Assembly (NCBI GenBank): GCA_031554855.1
Contig: JAVBUY010000188.1
Coordinates: forward strand, 1-47,634
Direction of reading: 5' to 3'
Source: Eubacteriales bacterium
GTDB lineage: Bacteria > Bacillota > Clostridia > Christensenellales > Aristaeellaceae
DNA length: 47,634 nt
The notes under the pieces: model-generated
Seen by the model: only the letters and a program-made list of their open reading frames with translations
Databases searched by the model: none
Told to the model about the DNA's origin: nothing
In this document: in pieces, positions 8,511 through 16,854 of the stretch
Layout of the letters: each line of letters begins with the position of its first letter
Position numbering within the stretch: position 1 is the first letter of the stretch
Translations under genes and position numbers: made by a program

Positions 8511-10802
8511 ATGCGGCGGATGCTGACAATGCTGGCAGCGGCCATGCTTCTATTGGGACTGGCACACAGCGCGCGCGCCGAGGAAGCGCCACGATTGTCG
8601 GTGCGTGTAACCATGGCAGTGGGCCATGACGCGCCAACGCAACCGATCCATCTGATTCGCGAGCAGCATGGGCGAATTGCGTGGCGGAGGCTGGAAACCA
8701 CCGCGCTGACCGCCGGGTCGGAGCAAGCATGGGGCATGCCGGACACCGGACGGCTGCTATTGAAGCTCGGCGACGCACCGGCGGGGTATGACTGGACTGC
8801 GACGGTGGACGGCGCAACGCAGACCGAAGCGACGCGCATCTGGCTGGACACGGATCGCGGCCATCAGGTGGAATATGCGCTGGCGCAGAACCCACCGCCG
8901 CGCTTTGCCGCGCGGGTGGCGCTGACTGCGCCGATCTCGCCGCACAAGCTGACGCTGCTCACCGGCGCAGGGGAGATCAGCGTCGCCCCCGGGGAAATCG
9001 CGCAGCTGCCCATCGCGCCGGTGGGGCGGCTGACGCTGGCGTTACCCGAGGCGTATCCGCTGGCGATCGATTCGGTGCGCTGGGCAGACGAGGAGCAAGT
9101 CGTCACCGATGGGCGCTGTGCGATCGCAGTGGCACCGGACGCGTTTTTTGTGGATGCGACCGATGCATTGCTCAAAACCGCCGCGCTGGACGTGTCGCTG
9201 ACGCCGCTGCCATTGCCGCCGAGCATGGACATCTTGCCCGCCGATCAGCCTGTGGCGGTGGGGCAGCAGATCCGCCGCGTGCTGCGCGTGGTGAACCCCG
9301 CGCTGATGGAGCAGCAGGTGGCGCTGGAATATAAACCCGATCCGCTGCGCTGGCTGGTTGAGCCGCTGGGAGAGGCCGAGCCGACCGATGTGCGGGAGGA
9401 CGGTACGCTCTGCTGGGAGCGCACGCTGCCCGCCGCGACCTGGCAGGACAACGGCCAAGTCGTGCCTGCCGTGCTGGAAATCCCGCTGGTATTAACCGCG
9501 CTGCCGCTGCCCGAGGGCATGGGCTTTGCCGAGGCGACGCAGCAATGGGGCGTCGGCGAGGTGCACGGCGAGGAGCGCATCGCACTGGTTGCGCCGGTGC
9601 TCAGCGCGGCCTGGGCGATGGACAACAACACGCTGGCGGAGGGGCAAACCGCTGAAGTGACGCTGTGCGTGACCAATACTGGCGGAGCGGCAGGACAGGC
9701 CAACATCGCGCTGACGCTGCCCGAGGGCGTTCGGCTGGCTGATGTGCCGCCGCACGAGACGGTTTGGCAGGTGGATGTTCCAGCCGGTGCGCCGCACGCG
9801 CCGGTGAAAATCGAGCGGCGCTTTGTCCTGGAGATGCAACCCGACGCGCTGGACGCGCGCACCGGCTATCGCGCCGAGCGGCTAGTCGGCGAGGTGAACG
9901 CGCGACCACTGCCTGCGCTGAACGTTGCGCTGACCGCCGCGCGGCTGGCCGCGACGCGCAGCTTTTCCACGGTGGCGGTCGCGCCCAACGAGGCGTTTTT
10001 TGTGCGCTGGCGCATCGTCAACACTGGTGCCGCGCCCGGTGAAGTGGTGCTGGTACAGCAGATGCCGCGCGGGGTGGGGCTATTCGAGGCGTCTGGCGAG
10101 GCAAACGCACCGGAGCGGCGCGACGACGGCGCGCTGGTGTGGCGCGTGACTGTGCCGCCGATGCAGCCGGAAGGCACTGCTCCTGGCGAGCTGGTCTTGA
10201 GCGCGCGGCTGCATCTGGCGGCGACGCAGCTGCGCGAGCACGCGTCAGGGCGCTGGCCACTGAACATGCCCGCCACGCTCAACGGTCAACCGCAGACCGT
10301 GCAGTCCATCCTCGCGTTGGCGGCGGACGTCGCGGTGTCGGTGGCGGTTGAGCCGGTATCGCTGCGGCCCGGTCGGCATTGCGAGGTGAAAATCTCGCTG
10401 CGCAATGACGGCGCGGTGGCCGCGCCGGTGACCGTCGAGACCAACATCCCCGCCGGGTTCGCGCTGGTGTCGGGCGACGCCGGAGGCACGCCGACGCTGG
10501 ATGGGCAAACGCTGCGCTGGGTGACTGAGCTGGCAGCAGACCAAGCGCACACCATCGTGTACAGACTGCGCGCCGGTGCGCTGAATACCGGCGAGATGGA
10601 GCGCGAGGATGCGCATGCAGTGCGCGTTGCGGTGGCGCAGGGTGCGCCGCGTGAGGCGGCCATCACCTGGACGCGTACGCTGCGACCCAGCCTGTGGGAA
10701 ATGCTGGTGATGGACGGCTGGATCGCGCTGCCGCTGGTTGTGTTGTGCGCGGCCACCGGTGTGCTGTGCTTTGTGCTGATGCGCAAACGGCGCGAAAATT
10801 GA
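8511..10802 (+). CDS. Cell-surface protein with DUF11/CARDB-like repeats and a C-terminal TM anchor
   Basis: Signal peptide MRRMLTMLAAAMLLLGLAHSARA after GGGAGG. The pattern x(V/I)xNxG.A....V..x.P.G..L recurs (LCVTNTGGAAGQANIALTLPEGVRL; WRIVNTGAAPGEVVLVQQMPRGVGL; ISLRNDGAVAAPVTVETNIPAGFAL). The C-terminus is WIALPLVVLCAATGVLCFVLMRKRREN, and no LPXTG motif is present. Confidence 0.7.
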   Translation: MRRMLTMLAAAMLLLGLAHSARAEEAPRLSVRVTMAVGHDAPTQPIHLIREQHGRIAWRRLETTALTAGSEQAWGMPDTGRLLLKLGDAPAGYDWTATVDGATQTEATRIWLDTDRGHQVEYALAQNPPPRFAARVALTAPISPHKLTLLTGAGEISVAPGEIAQLPIAPVGRLTLALPEAYPLAIDSVRWADEEQVVTDGRCAIAVAPDAFFVDATDALLKTAALDVSLTPLPLPPSMDILPADQPVAVGQQIRRVLRVVNPALMEQQVALEYKPDPLRWLVEPLGEAEPTDVREDGTLCWERTLPAATWQDNGQVVPAVLEIPLVLTALPLPEGMGFAEATQQWGVGEVHGEERIALVAPVLSAAWAMDNNTLAEGQTAEVTLCVTNTGGAAGQANIALTLPEGVRLADVPPHETVWQVDVPAGAPHAPVKIERRFVLEMQPDALDARTGYRAERLVGEVNARPLPALNVALTAARLAATRSFSTVAVAPNEAFFVRWRIVNTGAAPGEVVLVQQMPRGVGLFEASGEANAPERRDDGALVWRVTVPPMQPEGTAPGELVLSARLHLAATQLREHASGRWPLNMPATLNGQPQTVQSILALAADVAVSVAVEPVSLRPGRHCEVKISLRNDGAVAAPVTVETNIPAGFALVSGDAGGTPTLDGQTLRWVTELAADQAHTIVYRLRAGALNTGEMEREDAHAVRVAVAQGAPREAAITWTRTLRPSLWEMLVMDGWIALPLVVLCAATGVLCFVLMRKRREN

Positions 10803-10827
10803 CAAACCCCGCTACATTCGCTACTAT
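10799..10827 (+). promoter_or_regulatory. Candidate promoter for the polytopic membrane protein gene
   Basis: TTGACA (10799-10804, overlapping the upstream stop codon), a 17-nt spacer, then TACTAT (10822-10827). Confidence 0.4.
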
Positions 10828-10857
10828 ATGGGCAGTGAATGTGTGGGGGAATCGGCT

Positions 10858-12306
10858 GTGACAAAAGAGAAGCGGAGTCTGCTGTGGGCGCTGGGCTCGG
10901 CCATGCTGTTGGCCGTGGTGCTGGCGCCTATTCTTTTGGCGATGCGCGCCGCGTTTCCCGCCGCCGACGATTTTGTGTACGCCACCCGCACGCATGCCTC
11001 GTGGCTGGCGATGCATTCGCTGCCGCATGTACTGGTGGACGCGTGGCGCTATGCGCTGCAAATCTATCGCACGTGGCAGGGCACGCTGACCGGAGCGATC
11101 GTGATGTCGCTGCATCCGGCGGTGTTTGACCTGCACGCGTACTGGCTGCATGTGCCGGTGCTGCTGGCCTGCTTTCTAGGCGGCACGTTCTTTGCGGTGC
11201 GCACGATGTGTGCGAAGGTGTTCGGGCTATCGAAGGCGGCGGGCTGGACGCTGTGGGCGCTACTGACGGTGGTGCAGCTCACCGGCATGCCGGATCTGCT
11301 CGAGGGCATCTTCTGGTATAATAGCGCGTGGCTGTATACCTTTGCGCATAACATGCTGCTGATCATGCTACCGCTGGCGGTTCGCCTGGCCGACTGGCGC
11401 GGGACCAAGCGTGCGCTGGCAATGGTGCTGCTCTGGGGGCTGTGCGCCTTTCTGGGCATGAGCAACTACATCACTGCGGTGCTGGCGACCGTGTCGTTGG
11501 CGCTGGTCATCGCCTATCGCTTCTTCACGGACCGCAAACAGGCCTGGCCGTTGCTTATCGCGTGGGCGCTGCTGGCGGCTGGGCTGATCGCCAGCGTCAT
11601 CGCGCCGGGCAACGCGGTGCGCCTAGAGGTTGATGGCCGCTTCCACGCGCGCGAGCCGTGGATGCTGCTGTCCATGGTGGACACGGTGTGGGCAGCCTGC
11701 TGGACGTGGGGGGCGGCGCTTTCTGGCACCGCGCTGGGTGCGCTGTGCGCGGCGGGTCTGTATATTGGCTATGTAAAAATAACGATATCCGTGCGCCGCC
11801 GCCTGTGGCTTGTGCCGCTGTGCGCGTTTTTGCTGCTGTGCGCGATGATCTTTCCGCATATGTATACGTCCGGCTTCTCGGGCACGCCGCGCGTAAAAAA
11901 CCTGTATTTCTTCTATGTCACATTCGCGTCGCTGGCGCTGTGCCTGCTGGCGGGGGCGTGCGCGCGGCGCGTGCGCATACCGCACCCAGGACGCTGGGCG
12001 ATCGGCGCGACATGCGCGCTGCTGGCGCTGGCTTGGCTGTTGCCCGCGTCCAATAGCTACCCGGATCTGGTGGCCGCGCACGCGCTGGGTGAAGTCGGCA
12101 GGTATCGCGTGGACATGCGGCGGCTGTTCACCGAGCTGGAACGCGCCGCACCAGGCAGCGACGCAGTTGTGCGGCCGGTCTATCCTCAACCGGCGGCGCT
12201 GGCGGTGCAGCCGCTCAGCGACGATCCGGCGGCCTGGCGCAATCAGGCGGTGGCCGATTATTTTGGCCTGCACTCCGCGCGCATCGAAGGAGATGCGCCG
12301 CGATAG
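10858..12306 (+). CDS. Polytopic integral membrane protein (about 12 TM), possible GT-C-like glycosyltransferase
   Basis: Very hydrophobic 482-aa product with an Asp-Asp pair in the first loop (FPAADDFVYA), as in GT-C/DUF6056-like proteins; this family call is from memory. GTG 10858 follows GGGGGA by 7 nt and lies downstream of a candidate promoter at 10799-10827. ATG 10828 would precede the predicted transcription start. Confidence 0.5.
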   Translation: MTKEKRSLLWALGSAMLLAVVLAPILLAMRAAFPAADDFVYATRTHASWLAMHSLPHVLVDAWRYALQIYRTWQGTLTGAIVMSLHPAVFDLHAYWLHVPVLLACFLGGTFFAVRTMCAKVFGLSKAAGWTLWALLTVVQLTGMPDLLEGIFWYNSAWLYTFAHNMLLIMLPLAVRLADWRGTKRALAMVLLWGLCAFLGMSNYITAVLATVSLALVIAYRFFTDRKQAWPLLIAWALLAAGLIASVIAPGNAVRLEVDGRFHAREPWMLLSMVDTVWAACWTWGAALSGTALGALCAAGLYIGYVKITISVRRRLWLVPLCAFLLLCAMIFPHMYTSGFSGTPRVKNLYFFYVTFASLALCLLAGACARRVRIPHPGRWAIGATCALLALAWLLPASNSYPDLVAAHALGEVGRYRVDMRRLFTELERAAPGSDAVVRPVYPQPAALAVQPLSDDPAAWRNQAVADYFGLHSARIEGDAPR

Positions 12307-12307
12307 C

Positions 12308-12778
12308 TCACAGAATATGCAGCGGGCGCATTGCGCTATATAAATAGGAAGAGAGCGGTCGATGGTACGCGTCGGTGGTGTGCGCGGCGATGAAGATGCG
12401 GTCTGGCGTGGGCGCTTCCACCGCGACGACGACCGGGCTATGCTGGTAATGCTGACCGGAGAACGCCAGCTGCACGATATCGCCGATCTGGATTTGCGAG
12501 AGCGGCACCTCGGCAGCGCGTGGGCGGTCGGTGTCCAGCCCGAGCAGGTAGCGATAGAGATAGTGCACGCTGGTCCAGGATGCGGTGCGTCGGTTGGCGT
12601 CGATATAGTACCAGCCGTACACCGGCTGATGATCCATGCTGAGTCCTCCGGCCAGTAGCACCTGCGAGGCAAAGTTTGTGCAGTCGCCGCCCAGCAGCTC
12701 AAAATCCAGGTAGGCCGGGTTGCGGCGGTACGCCCATTGGCGGGCGTAGGCCACCGCGACGGCTCGATCATACGGCAT
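12308..12778 (-). CDS. Putative amidase-domain protein (Amidase_6-like, NlpC/P60-type Cys-His fold)
   Basis: AYARQWAYRRNPAYLDFELLGGDCTNFASQVLLAGG...SWTSVHYLYRYL matches the 'putative amidase domain' pattern (GGDCTNF catalytic Cys). It is convergent with the preceding gene, with a 1-nt gap. Confidence 0.7.
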   Translation of the reverse strand: MPYDRAVAVAYARQWAYRRNPAYLDFELLGGDCTNFASQVLLAGGLSMDHQPVYGWYYIDANRRTASWTSVHYLYRYLLGLDTDRPRAAEVPLSQIQIGDIVQLAFSGQHYQHSPVVVAVEAPTPDRIFIAAHTTDAYHRPLSSYLYSAMRPLHIL

Positions 12779-12882
12779 GGGGGAACACCTCCTCGTTCAC
12801 GATATGCCACTTTTCAAACGCTGTTCTTTTGGCGCGGATTCCTGTATAATGGAAACATCATGGTAGAGCGAGGGTTGTGCAT

Positions 12883-13923
12883 ATGAAGATGACTTTCCGT
12901 TGGTATGGCGACAGCGACCCGGTCAGCCTGTCGTACATTTCGCAGATCCCGATGATGAGCGGCATCGTGTCGGCGGTGTACGACGTGCCGGTCGGCGAGG
13001 TGTGGCCGCAGGCGCGCATCGATGCGATCAAGGACGCCGCTCACCAGCACAGCCTGGCTTTCGAGGTGGTCGAGTCGGTGCCGGTGCATGAGCACATCAA
13101 GCTAGGCGCGCCGGACGCCGACCATCTGATCGACGTGTTCTGCGAGAAGGTGCGCCGCCTGGGCGCGGCGGGCGTGAAGGTGATTTGTTATAATTTTATG
13201 CCGGTGTTTGACTGGCTGCGCAGCGACCTGAAGCGCGTGTTGCCCGATGGCTCGAACGCGCTGGCCTATGACGACAGCACAGTGCTGTCGCTCGATCCGG
13301 CGACCAGCGACCTGGATCTGCCCGGCTGGGACGCCAGCTATACCAAGGAAGGTCTGCGCGCGCTGCTGGCCGAGTACAAGCAGATCGATGAGGAATAACT
13401 CTGGCAGAACTTTGCAACGTTTATCCGCCGCGTCGCGCCGGTGTGCGAGGCGTCGGGCGTGAAAATGGCCATCCATCCGGACGATCCGCCGTGGGGCATC
13501 TTCGGCCTGCCGCGCATCATCACCGGCGTGGCCGCCTATCGCCGCATGCGCGAGATCGAGCCTTCGCTGGCCAACGGCATCACGCTGTGCACCGGCTCTT
13601 TGGGCGCGAACCCGGCCAACCCGCTGCCGGAGATCATCCGCGAGTTTGTCGACCGCATTCACTTTGTGCACGCGCGCAACATCAAGTACACCGGCGAACG
13701 CTGCTTTGAGGAATCGGCGCATCCGACGCAGTGCGGCTCGCTGGACATGTACGCCATCCTCAAGACGCTGCACGATGCCGGGTTCGACGGCTATGTGCGG
13801 CCGGATCATGGCCGCATGATCTGGGGCGAGACCGGCCGCCCAGGCTACGGCCTGTATGATCGCGCACTGGGCGCGGTGTATCTGACCGGCCTGTGGGAGG
13901 CCCTGGAGCGAGGCGACAAATGA
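12883..13923 (+). pseudogene. uxuA: Mannonate dehydratase uxuA interrupted by a single in-frame TAA (13396-13398)
   Basis: Track ORFs 12877..13398 and 13441..13923 are in the same frame. The joined translation is collinear with UxuA ([16 protein letters not shown]...[14 protein letters not shown]...[39 protein letters not shown]...[11 protein letters not shown]). The stop sits where E. coli UxuA has DKAKLRENF. Confidence 0.85.
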
Positions 13924-14486
13924 AGAGCTACTTCTTTGTGACGCTGCTGGCGCTGGTGCTGTTGACCGCGTTGCTGGCCGGTGGGCTCTCGTATCTGGTC
14001 GGCGAACAGCAGCCGGTCGTGATGGGCGAGCCCGATATCGATGCGGTGGATCGCGTGTTCTATGTCGGCGCGAGCGGCATCGAGCAGTATCAGCGGCTGC
14101 TCACGCCGGGCATTGCCTCGCCGTGCAATTTCAACGTAACCAGCGTGGACAGCAACAAGCAAGTGATCGCGTCGGACATGGATCTGAGCATCATTGTGGA
14201 CATGAGCGCTGCGCTGCAAACGCTGCCGGGGCTGTCGGTGCGGCTGGTGGAATACCTGGCCGATGGCACGATGCAGGAGCTCAACGCCGAAGCGCGCCTG
14301 TACCAGGGGGTGCTGACGTATGTCCGACCCAAGGCATTTGCCGCCGCGCGGCCGGAGACCCGCGCCTTTGGCGCGATTCTGACGTTGCGCAGCGACGACG
14401 CGCCGCAATTGGCGCGCGCCACGAGCATCAAGGTACAAGTGACGGGCACCAACAGCTCGTCGGGGATTGTAACGGTGGTGAAGTAA
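13920..14486 (+). CDS. Hypothetical N-terminally membrane-anchored protein
   Basis: [27 protein letters not shown], then a soluble domain with no family I recognise. Its ATG overlaps the uxuA stop (ATGA). Confidence 0.55.
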   Translation: MKSYFFVTLLALVLLTALLAGGLSYLVGEQQPVVMGEPDIDAVDRVFYVGASGIEQYQRLLTPGIASPCNFNVTSVDSNKQVIASDMDLSIIVDMSAALQTLPGLSVRLVEYLADGTMQELNAEARLYQGVLTYVRPKAFAAARPETRAFGAILTLRSDDAPQLARATSIKVQVTGTNSSSGIVTVVK

Positions 14487-14511
14487 CCGACTGCGGAAAA
14501 AGAAAGAGGGG

Positions 14512-14796
14512 ATGACGATGGAAAACGCATGCAAGCATAGACCCCGAAATCTGTTCGCGCCGCATCTTGTTTGCCGGGATTGCGGAAAGAGGATCATCGG
14601 AAAGAGCAGAATGCCAATGGTCATAGCCAGTCTCGCGGCGATTCTCCTCTTTATGATGGTGCGCGTATTTTATTATGGGAATGACTCGAATTTTCTGATC
14701 ACATCGGTCACATTCCTGGTGATTTTTGCAGTGTGTTGGCTCCTTGCCCGGGTCAGCTTGCTGTTTGTGGGATTTCGAGAAAAACCGGACGCGTGA
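14512..14796 (+). CDS. Small hypothetical membrane protein with N-terminal Cys/His cluster
   Basis: 94 aa with CKH...CRDC followed by two predicted TM helices. GAGGGG is upstream. Support comes from ORF context only. Confidence 0.45.
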   Translation: MTMENACKHRPRNLFAPHLVCRDCGKRIIGKSRMPMVIASLAAILLFMMVRVFYYGNDSNFLITSVTFLVIFAVCWLLARVSLLFVGFREKPDA

Positions 14797-14807
14797 AAGC
14801 TCAAGAA

Positions 14808-14831
14808 AACGCCCCTTCTGCAAGGGGCGTT
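14808..14831. terminator. Terminator hairpin copy 1 (A-tract side only)
   Basis: AACGCCCCTT-ctgc-AAGGGGCGTT, preceded by GAAAA. On the minus strand it is followed by TTTTCTT. Repeat copy A abuts it directly. Confidence 0.55.
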
Positions 14832-14953
14832 CAGGCTGTCGAAAAAGGCTCATCTGCGTTGTCGCCGCCACGCTCGCCTCGTCGCCGTACGCCTGTACGC
14901 CTCCGTCGGACGAGCTTGCGTCTCCTAGCATCTGAACCTTTTCGGACAGTCTG
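14832..14953 (+). repeat. Family-1 intergenic repeat, copy A (122 bp, imperfect terminal inverted repeats of about 20 bp)
   Basis: The left end CAGGCTGTCGAAAAAGGCTCA pairs with the right end TGAACCTTTTCGGACAGTCTG. It is about 80% identical to copy B by hand alignment, with a central CGTAC-gcct-GTACG hairpin followed by CCTCCGTCGGAC. Confidence 0.75.
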
Positions 14954-14970
14954 ACGTTTTTGACAAGCTG

Positions 14971-14997
14971 AACGCCCCTTTTGCGAGGGGCGTTTTT
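14971..14997. terminator. Terminator hairpin copy 2 (T-tract side only)
   Basis: AACGCCCCT-tttgcg-AGGGGCGTT followed by TTTTG. The stem is the same 9 bp as in copy 1. Confidence 0.6.
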
Positions 14998-15006
14998 GTG
15001 TGCGCG

Positions 15007-16791
15007 TTAGAGAATCCCATCGCCGCGCAACCGCATGAGCAGCGCGCAGATCATCTCGGCGCGCGAGAAGGGCACCATCAGGTAGAACCCATCGGCGTGA
15101 TCGCGGGTGAGTCTGGCGACCTCGGCGGCGACCGCGATGCCGGTGGCCTCGCCTTCGGCGCGATCCTGTGCCGGAGAAAAGCGCGCGGATATCGCCTCGG
15201 GAATGGAGATGCCGGGCACCTCGTTGTGCATGAATTGCACATTACGGTAGCTGACCAGCGGCAGGATGCCCACCAGCACGCGAATGCCCAGCGCACGCGC
15301 CGCGTCCAGCACGGGCAGGGCGGACGCGTCGAACACCGGCTGCGTCATGCAAAAAGTCGCACCCTGCGCTCTTTTCTGTGCCAGGCGCTTGAGCTCGGCG
15401 TCGGGGTTGGCTGCGCCGGGGTTGAACGCTACGCCAACGCACAGCGGATCGCCGGAGAACAGGTCATCATTCATGCGCGCGATGTGCGCGGCCAGGCTGG
15501 TGCCATGCAGATTGAACACCGGGCGCGCAAAGCCATGGTCACTCTCGGGGATCGCATCGCCAGTGACCGCCAGCACAGCGCGCAGTCCGGCGGCGTGCAT
15601 GCCCAGCAGGTCGCCGTGCAGCGCATTGCTATTGCGGTCGCGGCAGCACAGGTGCGGGATGACATCGATGCCCAGGCGCTGGCGCACCTGCGCGGCGCAC
15701 AAGCCAGAGCTCATGCGCGCCTGTGCCAACGGTGCATCGGGGATGGTCAGCGCATCGACGCCGCCAACCTGCAAGCGGTACGCTGCGTCCAGGAATTTCG
15801 ACAGATCTGCGTGCTTGGGCGGGTCCAGTTCGGCCAGCGTCACAAACCGACCGGCGGCCAGTTTTTCCGCCAAGGCGTCGCGGGGGGCGGGTTTCGCGGT
15901 GCTCTTGCGCGGACGAAAGACTGGCGCTATGGGCGCGTCGGATGGCGGCGCGGCCAATGCCTCGGCCAGCGCGCGGATATGCAGCGGGGTCGTGCCGCAG
16001 CAGCCGCCCAGCAGCCTCGCGCCCAGCGGCACGGCGCGCGCCAGCGTATCGGCGAAGTACGTCGGCGCGGTGGCAAAGCGCATGCACCCCTCGACCTCGG
16101 TGGGATATCCGGCATTGGGCAGCACAGCCAGCGGCGCGCCCAGCGCGGAGATTGGCATCGCGCGCAGCAGCCCGACAGTGTGCGCGGGACCCAGGCCACA
16201 GTTCACGCCCACCACGTCGGCCAGGCCGGAGTGGCTCAGCGCGTCGAGCACGCGCGCGATGGGCTGTCCGGCGCGGGTGTAGCCATCGGCGGAGCAGGAA
16301 AACGTGGCGGCAATGCTCGCGTGCGGCGCGCACTGGCGCAGGTATTGCGCGCAGACGGTCAGCGCATCGGCATCGGCATACGTCTCAAACCAGTAGGTAT
16401 CGACGCCCGCCGATACGCATTGAGCCAGCATCCACAGCCGCTCGTCCAGCGCCTTGGCGGCGTCCTCATCGGCAAAGCTGGACATCGGGCCCAGCGACAG
16501 CGCCACCGCCGCCGCGTCCTTGGCAGCGTCGCGCGCGACGTCCACCGCGCGCAGGATAAGCGCTCGCACCTGGTCGCGCGGCAATCCTAAGGCGCGCGTG
16601 TCAGCAGCAAAGGTATTGGTGCGCAGCACCTGCGCACCGGCGGCGACGTATTCGCTATGCAGCGCGTATAGCTGCTCCGGCGCGGCCAGCTCGCATGCGC
16701 TTATATCGCCGGTTTTTTGCGCGTAATACGTGCCCAGCGCGCCGTCGAGCAGCACCGGGCGCCCCAGCGCCAATCGTTCGCGCAGCGTCAA
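15007..16791 (-). CDS. Bifunctional homocysteine S-methyltransferase / 5,10-methylenetetrahydrofolate reductase (YitJ-like)
   Basis: 594 aa. The N-terminal half matches the Hcy S-methyltransferase fold (VLLDGALGTYY...VNCGLGP...GGCCGTTPLHI, zinc Cys cluster). The C-terminal half is MTHFR-like (ELDPPK...HLCCRDRN...AVTGD...FCMTQPVFD). TTG start at 16791, 7 nt after AGAGGG. Confidence 0.88.
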   Translation of the reverse strand: MTLRERLALGRPVLLDGALGTYYAQKTGDISACELAAPEQLYALHSEYVAAGAQVLRTNTFAADTRALGLPRDQVRALILRAVDVARDAAKDAAAVALSLGPMSSFADEDAAKALDERLWMLAQCVSAGVDTYWFETYADADALTVCAQYLRQCAPHASIAATFSCSADGYTRAGQPIARVLDALSHSGLADVVGVNCGLGPAHTVGLLRAMPISALGAPLAVLPNAGYPTEVEGCMRFATAPTYFADTLARAVPLGARLLGGCCGTTPLHIRALAEALAAPPSDAPIAPVFRPRKSTAKPAPRDALAEKLAAGRFVTLAELDPPKHADLSKFLDAAYRLQVGGVDALTIPDAPLAQARMSSGLCAAQVRQRLGIDVIPHLCCRDRNSNALHGDLLGMHAAGLRAVLAVTGDAIPESDHGFARPVFNLHGTSLAAHIARMNDDLFSGDPLCVGVAFNPGAANPDAELKRLAQKRAQGATFCMTQPVFDASALPVLDAARALGIRVLVGILPLVSYRNVQFMHNEVPGISIPEAISARFSPAQDRAEGEATGIAVAAEVARLTRDHADGFYLMVPFSRAEMICALLMRLRGDGIL

Positions 16792-16806
16792 GACCGCACC
16801 CTCTTT

Positions 16807-16822
16807 CTACTATATATAGTAG
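16807..16822. promoter_or_regulatory. Perfect 16-bp palindrome CTACTATATATAGTAG (candidate operator)
   Basis: Read directly. It lies between the candidate -10 and the RBS of the 15007..16791 gene. Confidence 0.45.
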
Positions 16823-16824
16823 GT

Positions 16825-16853
16825 ATTGTAGGCGATGCGGCGAACGTTGTAAA
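16825..16853 (-). promoter_or_regulatory. Candidate promoter of the Hcy-methyltransferase/MTHFR gene
   Basis: Minus strand: TTTACA (16853-16848), a 17-nt spacer, then TACAAT (16830-16825). The predicted +1 falls inside the 16-bp palindrome 16807-16822. Confidence 0.45.
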
Positions 16854-16854
16854 G

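Noticed and set aside
10700-10802. Sortase (LPXTG) sorting signal at the C-terminus of the DUF11-repeat protein
   Set aside because: The tail has a hydrophobic helix and a basic end (MRKRREN) but no LPXTG-like motif upstream, so it is called a simple C-terminal membrane anchor.
13396-13398. Programmed recoding (selenocysteine, pyrrolysine or stop reassignment) at the uxuA internal stop
   Set aside because: The codon is TAA, not TGA or TAG, and TAA terminates other genes in the window normally. No SECIS-like hairpin is obvious. A nonsense mutation or a sequencing error is more parsimonious.
14998-16590. 530-aa + strand ORF and several nested ORFs (15266..16282, 15629..16333, 15723..16559)
   Set aside because: All lie antisense to or out of frame within the clearly homologous Hcy-methyltransferase/MTHFR gene. 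They are Arg/Ala/Gly-rich low-complexity translations.
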